Shown piece after piece: positions 9,061 to 19,145 of a DNA stretch of 47,770 nt. A model generated the notes under the pieces. It was given only the letters and a program-made list of their open reading frames with translations. It was not told where the DNA came from and searched no databases. The DNA comes from Gammaproteobacteria bacterium (GTDB taxonomy: Bacteria; Pseudomonadota; Gammaproteobacteria; Legionellales; Legionellaceae). Position 1 is the first letter of the stretch, and each line of letters opens with the position of its first letter. The stretch spans positions 1-47,770 of the forward strand of contig RGPR01000001.1 in assembly GCA_010030245.1 (NCBI GenBank), in the 5' to 3' direction. Position numbers and translations under genes: made by a program.

Positions 9061-9939
9061 CTAAAGGGGACAATATAGCGCCTGATATTCTTCCCAGACC
9101 TCTTGATCAGTCATAACCAGTTTGGCGCCTTGTTGAATCAAGTAATGGCATCCTGCAGACAAAGGGTTTGTCACTTCTCCCGGGACTGCAAAGACCTCTC
9201 GATTCTGTTCTACAGCATGCAATGCAGTGATCATACTACCACTTTTAATTGCAGCCTCAATAATCAATGTGATTAATGATAATCCACATATTATACGATT
9301 TCTTTGGGGGAATTGTCTAGTCTTTGGCGCTGTTTTTGGTAAAAATTCACTCAAAAGCACCCCTTTCTCGATAATTTTCTCGGCAAGATCACGATGTCGA
9401 TGGGGATAAATATACTCTACACCATTACCCAAAACCGCTATGGTTGGCATATTTGCAGCAATTGCGCCTTGATGGGCTAAACCATCAATACCTAATGCCA
9501 TGCCACTGACGATACATAATCCCTTCAAACTCAAAGCATAGGCCCACTGCTTGGCAATGGCGGCTCCATAGGCACTAGGTTTACGACTACCAACCATCGA
9601 TAGACAAGGCAAATTCAACACACTAAGCTCGCCTTTGGCGTAAAGACGAATGGGTGGGTGAGGGATTTGGCGCAAAAGCGCTGGATATTCTTTATCAAGG
9701 CAAGTGAACAAATGACAATTAGCACTTTCCTGCCACCTTAGATCGGCTTCATATTGCTGCCAATTAGGTGATTTTAAAATGGCGGCTAGCTTTTCCGGGA
9801 TAGCTCGTCTTAAAGAAGATTGCGCATATTCGTTGAAAAGTTCTGCTAGATTAGGCCAGTAATGCCTAAGATTCGCTAAGGTTTTAGGGCCAATGCCTGG
9901 GGCATAAGAGAGTAAAATAAGGGCTGTTCGATTATCCAT
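9061..9939 (-). CDS. dprA: DNA-processing protein DprA/Smf (no C-terminal winged helix)
   Basis: YPALLRQI..PP, VGSR..S.YG, VSGMALGIDG.AH, FPQRNRII and SGSMITA motifs; likely start ATG 9939 (MDNRT). Confidence 0.95.
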   Translation of the reverse strand: MDNRTALILLSYAPGIGPKTLANLRHYWPNLAELFNEYAQSSLRRAIPEKLAAILKSPNWQQYEADLRWQESANCHLFTCLDKEYPALLRQIPHPPIRLYAKGELSVLNLPCLSMVGSRKPSAYGAAIAKQWAYALSLKGLCIVSGMALGIDGLAHQGAIAANMPTIAVLGNGVEYIYPHRHRDLAEKIIEKGVLLSEFLPKTAPKTRQFPQRNRIICGLSLITLIIEAAIKSGSMITALHAVEQNREVFAVPGEVTNPLSAGCHYLIQQGAKLVMTDQEVWEEYQALYCPL

Positions 9940-10032
9940 AATGGCGATGGTCAAGCAAGATTCCATGATAAAACAAATTATAAACCTGTTGCGAAAATCA
10001 TCAAGCTTCTTTTCCAAAGCGCCCGCTATGAA

Positions 10033-10062
10033 TTGACCATAATTCGCGAAAAATGCTATAAT
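10033..10062 (+). promoter_or_regulatory. Sigma70 promoter for def-fmt-rsmB
   Basis: TTGACC (10033-10038), 18-nt spacer, TATAAT (10057-10062) with an extended -10 TG at 10054-10055. Confidence 0.7.
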
Positions 10063-10093
10063 ATCGGCATATTTATTGTTGGATTATCGATAC

Positions 10094-10600
10094 ATGGCCA
10101 TCCTTAAGATTTTATATTTGCCCGATGAACGTCTAAGAATTGTTTCCAAACCTGTCACTGAATTTGATGCCAATCTCCAAACCCTCATCGATGACATGTT
10201 TGCAACCATGTATGATGCTCGGGGTGTCGGGCTTGCTGCACCTCAAATTGGTCAAAATATTCGCTTATCTGTGGTCGATGTCAGTGAATCACGTCAAGAA
10301 CAATTGGTGTTTATCAACCCTGAAATCATTGCCAGCGAAGGTAGTGAACAATTTCAGGAAGGCTGCCTATCGGTTCCAGGTGCCTTGGAAAAAGTGGTAC
10401 GTGCGAAATATGTCAAGGTAAAAGCGATGGATAGACATGGCAAGCTCTTTGAAATCGACTGTGATGGTTTATTGGCTGAATGCATTCAACACGAAATTGA
10501 TCATTTGAATGGCAAATTATTCATTGATTTATTATCGCCAATCAAGCGACAGCGTGCCCGAAAAGACTTGGAAAAATACCTCAAAAAACACCCCAACTAG
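10094..10600 (+). CDS. def: Peptide deformylase
   Basis: GVGLAAPQIG, EGCLS and QHEIDHLNG motifs; start MAILKIL. Confidence 0.98.
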   Translation: MAILKILYLPDERLRIVSKPVTEFDANLQTLIDDMFATMYDARGVGLAAPQIGQNIRLSVVDVSESRQEQLVFINPEIIASEGSEQFQEGCLSVPGALEKVVRAKYVKVKAMDRHGKLFEIDCDGLLAECIQHEIDHLNGKLFIDLLSPIKRQRARKDLEKYLKKHPN

Positions 10601-10607
10601 AGTTAAC

Positions 10608-11540
10608 ATGCGTTTAAAAATTATTTATGCAGGAACCCCCTACTTTGCGTTGCCTGCACTTGAAGCCATTTACCAAGCAGGCCATGACATCATTGCCGTA
10701 TTGACTCAACCCGACAGACCTGCAGGTCGCGGTCAAAAATTACAAACCAGTGTGATAAAAGATTGGGCCATCGAACATCAAATAGCAGTGTATCAACCCC
10801 AAACCCTAAAAACAGCAGAGACGCAGGCACAAATTAAAGCGCTTGATGCTGATGTCATGGTGGTTGCAGCCTATGGCTTGATTTTACCGCAAGCAGTACT
10901 TAAGATGCCTCGTTTTGGTTGTATCAATATTCATGCCTCTATCTTACCCTATTGGCGAGGTGCTGCCCCGATTCAATATGCCATCTTAAATGGTGATAGC
11001 GAAACAGGTATTAGCATCATGCAAATGGATGTGGGTATGGATACTGGTGACGTCTTGGATATCATCAAATGCCCTATTTTAGCTGACGATACCGCTGAAA
11101 GCTTAACTCAAAAACTAGCAACACTAGCCCCTCACGGTATTCTAACAACCCTTCATAACATTCATGATCTAAAGCCTATGCTTCAGGATAATACACTGGC
11201 AACTTATGCACCAAAAATCAAAAAAGAAGATGCAAAAATTAATTGGCATCAAGACAGTAGCAGCATTTTAAGACAAATTCATGCTTATAACCCTTGGCCC
11301 TCAGCCTTTACCATCTTCCAAGATCATACTGTGAAAATCCATGCGGCAACATTAGGCCCTGAAGTACAAGGCCAACCCGGACAAATCATGGCCATTGAAC
11401 ACCAAGGCCTTCTTGTTTGCTGTGGTCAAGGCAGTCTTTGCTTAACCATTTGGCAATGGCCAAATGCCAAAAAAATGAGGATATCTGATTACTTACATGG
11501 CAGCAATATGAATGTGACCGTTGGACAATTGTTCGAATGA
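10608..11540 (+). CDS. fmt: Methionyl-tRNA formyltransferase
   Basis: AGTP.FA, TQPDRPAGRG, INIHASILP.WRGAAPIQ and MDVGMDTG; directly after def. Confidence 0.98.
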   Translation: MRLKIIYAGTPYFALPALEAIYQAGHDIIAVLTQPDRPAGRGQKLQTSVIKDWAIEHQIAVYQPQTLKTAETQAQIKALDADVMVVAAYGLILPQAVLKMPRFGCINIHASILPYWRGAAPIQYAILNGDSETGISIMQMDVGMDTGDVLDIIKCPILADDTAESLTQKLATLAPHGILTTLHNIHDLKPMLQDNTLATYAPKIKKEDAKINWHQDSSSILRQIHAYNPWPSAFTIFQDHTVKIHAATLGPEVQGQPGQIMAIEHQGLLVCCGQGSLCLTIWQWPNAKKMRISDYLHGSNMNVTVGQLFE

Positions 11541-12808
11541 ATATCAATTATCGTCAACAAGCCTTAGAAGGCTTAACCCCCCTTTTACAGGGGAACCCCC
11601 TTCCTGATGCTTTTGCACATTATCTCCCAAGCGCAAAATATTTATTATTACAAACTTGTCGCTACTTTTATCGCCTTGAACGCATCGCTTTACAATTTGT
11701 CACTAAAACACCCAAAGATAAAACAGTGTTCGCTATCTTAATTTTAGGATTGGCCGAACTGCACCAATTGGATAAGCAGGCGCATGCTGTTATTAATGAG
11801 TTTGTCAGCTTATGCAAAAAAAATAAATTTAGTTCTGCATCAGGACTTGTGAATGCCGTATTAAGAAAATCGATTACCCATAAAGCTGCTTGGGAAAACA
11901 CACTAGCCTCTGATTTAAGTTACCTTTATGCGCATCCACTTTGGTTTATCAAACGGGTCCAAGAGGATTATCCTCATCATTGGCAAGATATCCTTGCTGC
12001 AAATAATGCGCACCCACCCATGACGCTGCGGGTTAATCAAGCGAAAATCAAGCGCGATGCCTATCTTAAAGCCCATCCTTTAAATGCCACTATGTGCAGT
12101 CACAGTCAAAATGGATTCACGCTGCACGATGCCATCGATATCAAGGATATCCCGGGTTTTAATGAGGGCCTCATTTCTGTTCAAGATGAAGCCGCTCAAC
12201 TTTGTCCATCTTTGCTTTTACTGCAAGACGAACTGCGAGTTCTTGATGCTTGCGCTGCCCCTGGCGGAAAAACGGCCCATATGCTTGAAACAAATCAAAC
12301 TCTAAAACTTGTGGCCCTAGAGCTGCAAGCCTTTCGTTTTGAACGCCTCAAAAGTACGCTGCAACGCCTTGATTTAGCAGCTGAACTCATTCAAGGAAAT
12401 GCCTTAAATCTAGACACTTGGTGGCATGGACAATATTTTGATCGCATCTTGATTGATGCGCCTTGCTCTGGTACTGGGGTCATTCGTCGTCATCCAGACA
12501 TCAAACTGCGTCGTCAAGAGCAAAGTATTGCCTTAAACCTCGAGATCCAACAGGCATTACTGCAAAAACTTTGGCAAACTTTAAAGCCAGGTGGCCGAAT
12601 GCTTTATGCCACATGCTCAATTCTTAAAGAAGAAAATGATCGCCAAATTCAGACATTTTTAGAAAATACCAACGATGCGCTTCATGTCGAGATCATCAAT
12701 AATGTTGGGCTTAAAACGCGCTACGGTTTACAAATTTTACCCGGCCAAAACAACATGGATGGTTTTTACTATGCGATGCTCGCGAAAAAAGCAGACAATG
12801 GGGCTTAA
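11537..12808 (+). CDS. rsmB: 16S rRNA m5C967 methyltransferase
   Basis: N-terminal NusB-like region; QDEAAQ, DACAAPGGKT, DAPCSGTGVIRRHPD and YATCS; def-fmt-rsmB synteny. Confidence 0.96.
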   Translation: MNINYRQQALEGLTPLLQGNPLPDAFAHYLPSAKYLLLQTCRYFYRLERIALQFVTKTPKDKTVFAILILGLAELHQLDKQAHAVINEFVSLCKKNKFSSASGLVNAVLRKSITHKAAWENTLASDLSYLYAHPLWFIKRVQEDYPHHWQDILAANNAHPPMTLRVNQAKIKRDAYLKAHPLNATMCSHSQNGFTLHDAIDIKDIPGFNEGLISVQDEAAQLCPSLLLLQDELRVLDACAAPGGKTAHMLETNQTLKLVALELQAFRFERLKSTLQRLDLAAELIQGNALNLDTWWHGQYFDRILIDAPCSGTGVIRRHPDIKLRRQEQSIALNLEIQQALLQKLWQTLKPGGRMLYATCSILKEENDRQIQTFLENTNDALHVEIINNVGLKTRYGLQILPGQNNMDGFYYAMLAKKADNGA

Positions 12809-12815
12809 AGCCCCA
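12799..12815. terminator. Hairpin at the convergent rsmB/dacB junction
   Basis: TGGGGCT-TAA-AGCCCCA: 7-bp stem whose loop is the rsmB stop codon; no clear U-tract. Confidence 0.4.
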
Positions 12816-12824
12816 ATTGCATGA

Positions 12825-14621
12825 TTAACCCATCGGGCGAATAATCCAACGTTTTTGTGATCCATGATCCGGTTGATGCTGAAGCCACAAAATCTTCAAG
12901 GCATCTGCGCCAATATTTGGTGCTTGCATGCTTTCAACGGCAACGCTAAATGGACGATTGTGATTTAATTTTTTCAACACCTGCCAAATACCGACATCAC
13001 TTGCACCGCGGTCTTCAATCACGAGCTCCTGCGGGTGGAAGACCACTGTCACCGGTTTTGCATTTAATTCACGCTTTAAGCCATACTCCAAATTACGCCA
13101 AAATGCCAATTGTCGACGAGCCATGTCTTCAGCTGTCAAGTCAATTTTCCCCTTGCCATTCGCATGCGGCAAAAATAGCGCTTGGTGAAGATTTGCTGGC
13201 TGGGATTGAATTAAAATATTAGTCGCGGCATCAATAAAACCACGATAGCGCCCTGCAATTTGAGGAGGCGTTCCTTTTCTCGTATTGATATACATCGCAA
13301 AAGCAATAATATGATCATTTTTAGATACTAAATAACCGGAAAGACTATAAACACCAACCAAGGTTCCTGTTTTTGCCCTGACCAAGCCTTTTTGGTCGGG
13401 TCGATTAAGGCGTCTGACCAGTGTGCCATCATAACCAGATATGGGAAGTGCTGAAATATACTCATAAGCCAAAGGAAACTTGGTATAGAGATAAGTCAAT
13501 AAGCTTAAGGTCTGGAAAGGTGTGACCTTATTAAAATGCGACAAGCCTGAGCCATCGGTAAAAACAGCATTGTCAAAATTAATGTGTGTCAATTCTTTCA
13601 GATAGTTAGGGGCTACCGCTTGGGCATCTGACCAAGTACTTGGGGCATGACGAATGTGATTGGTTGCCAATAAATACAGGCTATTGGCATACAAATTGTC
13701 CGAAGGTTTTAAAGTGGCAGACATCAATTGTTGAAGTGGGGGGCTATAATGCCGTGCAACTTGAATGGTTTTAGCCGGCATATGGCCATAACGCACCTGT
13801 CCTTGCCAATTGATATGCATTTGCCTCAGTTGATAGCGAATGTGTGCGCTTAAAAAATGATCGGGTTGTCGGACAGGTATTCGCTGAATCAGCGCCAGCT
13901 GACCAACACCAACACATCCTCGAACATGTAAGACACCCAAATTATCAAAATTCATGGACACGCCACAACCCTTAGGGTTAGCCTGTGTTTTTACTTGGTT
14001 ATCAATTGTAAACACCCCTTCCGGACTGGCGGTTTCGACAACAGCCATTTGTCCAACAGATGACGCAGGATTAACAGTAATACTTAAGCGATTCTCATCT
14101 AGAATCAAGGGGCCAACTGGGGCGCCATAAGAAAATTGTTGGTCTCTAGCAGTCATTCCAGGTGCATATGGTGATACTGCCGCTAAATCACTATCAACGA
14201 CAACATCCCCAGACAATTCAGTGATATGCCATTTTTTAAGTTGATCAAAAAGCGCATATAAATCACGGTGAGAAAATGAGGGATCGGGTGACAAATGCAA
14301 ATACAAAGAGCCATTTAAGCGACCTTGAGCGAGTGTTTTTGCATCGGTGCTGAGGGTGCTTGGTATTTGATAATCTGTACCCATGGTCAGCATCGCTAAA
14401 GCTTCAGAAAATAACTTCATATTACTTGCTGGAACAAAAAGCTGCCTTGATTGATGTTCATACAGGGTGTTGCCTGTGGTTAGATCAACCGCCATCATCC
14501 CCAAATTGATATTGGGATCAGTTTTATGAATCAATTGTTGCATTGACCCAGGAATCGTATTGGCATGAGCAACAAGCGAACTACAACATATGGCCACTAC
14601 TGGCCACAAACTCCGTTTCAT
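12825..14621 (-). CDS. dacB: D-alanyl-D-alanine carboxypeptidase/endopeptidase PBP4 (peptidase S13) with C-terminal extension
   Basis: Signal peptide; PASNMK (SxxK), SDN, DGSGLS and AKTGTL motifs. Confidence 0.93.
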   Translation of the reverse strand: MKRSLWPVVAICCSSLVAHANTIPGSMQQLIHKTDPNINLGMMAVDLTTGNTLYEHQSRQLFVPASNMKLFSEALAMLTMGTDYQIPSTLSTDAKTLAQGRLNGSLYLHLSPDPSFSHRDLYALFDQLKKWHITELSGDVVVDSDLAAVSPYAPGMTARDQQFSYGAPVGPLILDENRLSITVNPASSVGQMAVVETASPEGVFTIDNQVKTQANPKGCGVSMNFDNLGVLHVRGCVGVGQLALIQRIPVRQPDHFLSAHIRYQLRQMHINWQGQVRYGHMPAKTIQVARHYSPPLQQLMSATLKPSDNLYANSLYLLATNHIRHAPSTWSDAQAVAPNYLKELTHINFDNAVFTDGSGLSHFNKVTPFQTLSLLTYLYTKFPLAYEYISALPISGYDGTLVRRLNRPDQKGLVRAKTGTLVGVYSLSGYLVSKNDHIIAFAMYINTRKGTPPQIAGRYRGFIDAATNILIQSQPANLHQALFLPHANGKGKIDLTAEDMARRQLAFWRNLEYGLKRELNAKPVTVVFHPQELVIEDRGASDVGIWQVLKKLNHNRPFSVAVESMQAPNIGADALKILWLQHQPDHGSQKRWIIRPMG

Positions 14622-14647
14622 AGGCGTTACCTTCTTCTTATTAATAT

Positions 14648-15427
14648 CTAATCATAACTTAAGCCCAGTTTTTGCAGAAGCCCTTGCAGCGTTTCTTGAT
14701 CAAAATATTTAAATTTTAAGAAACCTTGACCATGCTGGCCTAACTCTAGCTCGACTGGGGCGCCAACTTGATGTGACAGTGTTTGCAAAAAATGCGCATG
14801 TTCCGAAACGTTCACATCTTTATTTTTAACAAGTTTAATTTTTTGTTCAAGCATCCTGACTGAGGCTTTATTTTTTATGGTCCAATCCAATAATGTCACT
14901 TGCCGTTGTTCTTTTAAGGGCAATAAAGCTCTAACATGGCCATAGCTAATGTATTTATCTTTCAAAGCCTGCAACACCAATTCACCCCCACCTAATAAAC
15001 GCAACATATTGCTGACATGGGCCCTTGATTTACCCAATAAGCTTGCAATGTGCTCATGTGTCCATGCATATTCGACTTGTAAGCGCTGATAACTTAAAGC
15101 CTCTTCTAAAGGCTCTAATTGTGCACGCTGAATATTTTCTAGAATAGCCAGCAACGATTTCTTTGACTCTGGCAACTGTATTTGAATACAAGGTAGCTCA
15201 TTTAAACCAATGTATTTAGCTGCTCGGAAACGGCACTCGCCTGCAATAATCTGCCCTTTTTCATCAATCAATAGGGGTTGTAATACACCATGTAGGGCAA
15301 TTGAAGCGGCAAGTTCCTTGATATATACATCATCAAAAAATTGACGTGGCTGGTATTTACCAGGCGTCAAGTTTGCTAATTTTTGCCACTGCAGCTGTGG
15401 GGTTTTATCCTTAGTCACGGCGGTCAT
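14648..15427 (-). CDS. ParB/Spo0J-family DNA-binding protein (no adjacent parA)
   Basis: YQPR..F, GVLQPL, IIAGECRFRAA, ENIQR..L...EEA and HTH GKSRAHVSNMLRLL. Confidence 0.9.
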   Translation of the reverse strand: MTAVTKDKTPQLQWQKLANLTPGKYQPRQFFDDVYIKELAASIALHGVLQPLLIDEKGQIIAGECRFRAAKYIGLNELPCIQIQLPESKKSLLAILENIQRAQLEPLEEALSYQRLQVEYAWTHEHIASLLGKSRAHVSNMLRLLGGGELVLQALKDKYISYGHVRALLPLKEQRQVTLLDWTIKNKASVRMLEQKIKLVKNKDVNVSEHAHFLQTLSHQVGAPVELELGQHGQGFLKFKYFDQETLQGLLQKLGLSYD

Positions 15428-15848
15428 GCATTAATTGCTCAATATATCGACGACAAGTCAAGGGCTGTTCAATGGCTTTGATGATTTGTCTGGTTCCACC
15501 TGTCCCTGTAATAATAATGTCACCATAATTTAAAATACTACCTATCAGCGATTGCGTAATATCAATACTTTCAATTTTATGCATTGGGATATCAATGGTT
15601 TTTTGCACAAAAAAACCTGTTTGATAAATGACATTATTTTCACCAATGCTTAGGGTCGTAAAAATAAAGCGCACCAATTCGCCAATTATCCAAGCAGCAA
15701 ATATGGCAAGAAAAATTAAAAAAGGTCGCTGATCATGTATCCCAGTAAAGTCAATTGCAATTGGAATCAATAGAATTAAAAAAGGTTTTAAAAAAATTAC
15801 CCAGTGAAGACGACTAAGATAAGGTGTTGATTTGACTGTTTCATTCAT
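15411..15848 (-). CDS. Membrane protein with bacterial PH domain (YdbT/bPH_2-like)
   Basis: Two TM segments followed by TGFF...T.DI...KIESI...QS..G.ILNYG.I.I.GTGG; likely start MNETV. Confidence 0.85.
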   Translation of the reverse strand: MNETVKSTPYLSRLHWVIFLKPFLILLIPIAIDFTGIHDQRPFLIFLAIFAAWIIGELVRFIFTTLSIGENNVIYQTGFFVQKTIDIPMHKIESIDITQSLIGSILNYGDIIITGTGGTRQIIKAIEQPLTCRRYIEQLMHDRRD

Positions 15849-15925
15849 TCTTTTTTCCTTAAATCTATCCAAAACGCACAAAGCTGACTATGATTACATT
15901 AAGTTTCTCATGATAAGTATCTACC

Positions 15926-17335
15926 ATGAACACATGCGATGAAAAGTGGTCTTGGCTTCAAGCATCCAATCCGTTAATCATCTCGTCTAGTGGCGGTGGC
16001 GGGCATTTGACTGCTGCCATGAGCCTTATTGAGCAATACCAACAACAACAAACGATTTTAGCATACCATACTGCCCAAAAACCATCCCAAGCAAGGTTTT
16101 CTTTCGAGCGTCTTTTCGAAAATTTAATGCTGTTGGCCTATTTACCTGGGATGAGGAAATTAATTCAACGGCTACATCAAATTGAGCTCCCCTCTCTTAG
16201 CGAGCTGAAACAAGAATATGCTCAACTGCGCTTACAGCAAGCTAAAACACCTTGTCGGCTGTATGTAGATTTCTTGCTTGATTGGATGCCCAATGGTTAT
16301 ATGATGACCGCATTATTTAATCTGATGCAGCGTCAAAACCATGGTTTATCGCTGCGACGATTAGTCAAAAATCAAGGCTTTATTGATAAGCTTTTTAAAC
16401 ATACCATTCAACAGCGTCTAAACAAAACCCTAATGGATGCGCTGAGCCATGAAAAACCCTATGACGCTATTATTTCCACCCAAGCACTTGGAATACCTGC
16501 CCTTTGCCGCGCTGTTGCCAAATATAATGCACACATCATGCAACACAACTTACCGCAACCTATGATTGAAATTCATCAGTTTATTACTGACATTCCTCAT
16601 CAATATGCCAAGCATTACTTAAGTCCGATGCAAGAGCTCGAATTTTTAGATAAAAGCTTTTTAAATATTCACTTGCTGAATATACACGATGACATTTCTT
16701 TTATTCCTCATAAACATGCTAAAAAAGTATGGTTCTATGAACCTGAAGATAATCCCATGATCCGCCCTAGCCTTCATCAAGCCCCTCCTGCTTTGGCACA
16801 TGGTATTCGCATTATCCTCCCTAGGCAGGCAAACATCATGATTTTACCTAAAGAGCGCTTAAGTGTGGTGATGTTAAGCTCTGCTAATGGCCAAATTAGT
16901 CTTGATTATCTCAACAGTTTAATCGCCTTAGGCATTGAGCATATTGCCTTGGTCGGCAAGTTAAGTCCAAGTCTTGTTGAAAACATCAAGGACGTGCCCT
17001 CACCACAAAGCCATATTTATTTACTGGGTCAATTAGATGCAGCAAACCTTGGGGAGCTTTTACAAAATGCCCATTTGATCATTGTCAAAAGCGGTGGCTT
17101 AAGTTTAATGGAACTGGTTTCTTTTAAATTTCACCCAACAAGCATCATTTGTTTACATGAGGACAGTGGTTTGAATGCACACAGTGGTCTTATCTGGGAA
17201 GAAGGTAATAAAAAATGGTTTATACAACATTGTCAGCAGCAGCATCAAAGCGCAATCCTTGCCAATCCTGAAAATATTTTACAAAAGTATCAAGAACTCA
17301 AGCACTCGATTTGGGTCGATAAAATATTGCCGTGA
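15926..17335 (+). CDS. Divergent GT-B glycosyltransferase (UgtP/MGDG-synthase/MurG-like, GT28-like)
   Basis: SSSGGGGHLTAA, IISTQ, ITD, VKSGGLSLME and WEEGN match the GGGH, ST, TD, KxGG..E and E..N motifs of MGDG-synthase-like enzymes. Confidence 0.6.
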   Translation: MNTCDEKWSWLQASNPLIISSSGGGGHLTAAMSLIEQYQQQQTILAYHTAQKPSQARFSFERLFENLMLLAYLPGMRKLIQRLHQIELPSLSELKQEYAQLRLQQAKTPCRLYVDFLLDWMPNGYMMTALFNLMQRQNHGLSLRRLVKNQGFIDKLFKHTIQQRLNKTLMDALSHEKPYDAIISTQALGIPALCRAVAKYNAHIMQHNLPQPMIEIHQFITDIPHQYAKHYLSPMQELEFLDKSFLNIHLLNIHDDISFIPHKHAKKVWFYEPEDNPMIRPSLHQAPPALAHGIRIILPRQANIMILPKERLSVVMLSSANGQISLDYLNSLIALGIEHIALVGKLSPSLVENIKDVPSPQSHIYLLGQLDAANLGELLQNAHLIIVKSGGLSLMELVSFKFHPTSIICLHEDSGLNAHSGLIWEEGNKKWFIQHCQQQHQSAILANPENILQKYQELKHSIWVDKILP

Positions 17336-19145
17336 TAAAAACAATGACAAGCAGCAACATCGATAAGACAATAGGCAAATTTGAACGCCCCAGGGCGACT
17401 GCTAAAATATCAACATCACCACTACTTGCAAAATAAAAAGACAAGAGTACATCCATCACTGCAGAGCCTGCAACTAAACCACAAGCAAGACTTAAAAATT
17501 GATCAAAACTTCCCTTTAAAAAGATGCCCGTTTGTTCTTTTCCTTGAATAATGCCTGCTAGACATCCGCCCAAAATCATCGGCATAGACGTCTCAAGAGG
17601 TAAATACATGCCAATGGCAACACCAAAAAAAGATAAGCCAAAAGATGTAAAATGGCAGCCAAGCATGATGAGCAGTAAAGTTAAAGCACCAGCGCCAATA
17701 GTCGTTTGTGGCAACGCATGTTGGAAAAAACCATCTGTTAATGTCGCTAGTAATACTGCCGTTGGTGCTGGCAAACTGTTGCCATGACCACCATGGCCTG
17801 CAATACCATAGACCTGAAAAAGTGTTTGCATCGCCACAGGAATGACTAAAGCAGCAATCAACACGCCAAGACTAAGCATCAATTGTTGTTTCCAAGGTGT
17901 GGCACCAATAATTTGACCGACTTTCAAATCCTGGATATTATCATTGGCAATGGCGGCAATGCCTGTCACCATGCTGGCAAGCATAATCACCAGTGCCTCA
18001 CTGGTATTTAAATCCAGTCCAAAACGTTTATCAAAGACCAGAAGGAAAAAACAAGCCGCAAACATCAATGACATGATGACAATGGCACTTCCAGGGCTTG
18101 CACTAACCCCAACCGTTGCTGAAAAATATCCAGAAACAATCGCCATTAAAAACCCCATGCCCATCACATAGACAACACAAAATAAAACCAAGCTAGCAAG
18201 GCCAAACTGCGCATGCACCATAGGCGCTAAGAGCTGATAAAAATAAATGCTCAATGCGATACCAAGTAGCGTTAAGCAAATCCATATAAGTTTTGTTGGC
18301 ATGTCTTGGTCATTAGCTGCGGTAGCGGCCTTATCAGGATTAGAATATACCTGAAACATTTTCTTAAAAAGAGGCTTAATAAATAACACCAAAGATATGA
18401 TACCAGCAAACAATAACGCGCCTATACCAAAATAACGCACACCCTCATCGCCTTGCTGAACATGCGTAAAGTAAGGATAGGCGACAAACCAAGATAACAC
18501 AGCCCCCACCATGATGCTTAATGACATGCGTTTACCAATTAGAAATCCAGCACTAAAGATGGCAATTGAAAATCCTAGGGCAAATTTCAAACTAAAATAC
18601 TTAAACGTCCAAACATGTCCCCAGTGACTGGCAAGAATTTGTAAACCTGTTTGCATAAAATCTAGCATCCCACCTAAGGCGATACCTAAGACCAACAAGC
18701 GAAATCCACGCACACTGCTTTGATGCTTTAAAAGATTCGCAATTGCGACCCCTTCTGGGAAGGGCAAACCTTTATGATGAACCAGGGTTTTTCTCAGTGG
18801 CACTGAAAATAAAACCCCAAGAATGCCACTTGAAAACGCAATGAAAAAATTCTGCCAATAATTAAAATGATGCCAATATCCGATAATAACCAAGGCTGGA
18901 ATGGTATAGACGATGCCACCTGCAACTGCCTCTCCTGCACTTGCGGCAGTTTGAACCAGATTATTTTCATAGATACTTGGATTTTTAAAAAATCTTAAAA
19001 TCCCCATCGATAAAATGGCTGCTGGAATGGACGCCGAGGTCAACATACCTAACTTCAGCGCTAAAAATGCATTCGCCATCGCTAAAATAACGGTCAATAT
19101 CACCGTAATCATGATCACCCTAAAGCTTAACTCGCGCGCTTGCAA
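17298..19145 (-). CDS. OPT-family oligopeptide transporter
   Basis: LKLG...SASIPAA, ENNLVQTAASAG, LPFPEG, QDLKVG...GATP.KQQ and GMYLP motifs; many TM helices. Confidence 0.93.
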   Translation of the reverse strand: MQARELSFRVIMITVILTVILAMANAFLALKLGMLTSASIPAAILSMGILRFFKNPSIYENNLVQTAASAGEAVAGGIVYTIPALVIIGYWHHFNYWQNFFIAFSSGILGVLFSVPLRKTLVHHKGLPFPEGVAIANLLKHQSSVRGFRLLVLGIALGGMLDFMQTGLQILASHWGHVWTFKYFSLKFALGFSIAIFSAGFLIGKRMSLSIMVGAVLSWFVAYPYFTHVQQGDEGVRYFGIGALLFAGIISLVLFIKPLFKKMFQVYSNPDKAATAANDQDMPTKLIWICLTLLGIALSIYFYQLLAPMVHAQFGLASLVLFCVVYVMGMGFLMAIVSGYFSATVGVSASPGSAIVIMSLMFAACFFLLVFDKRFGLDLNTSEALVIMLASMVTGIAAIANDNIQDLKVGQIIGATPWKQQLMLSLGVLIAALVIPVAMQTLFQVYGIAGHGGHGNSLPAPTAVLLATLTDGFFQHALPQTTIGAGALTLLLIMLGCHFTSFGLSFFGVAIGMYLPLETSMPMILGGCLAGIIQGKEQTGIFLKGSFDQFLSLACGLVAGSAVMDVLLSFYFASSGDVDILAVALGRSNLPIVLSMLLLVIVFITAIFYRPKSSA

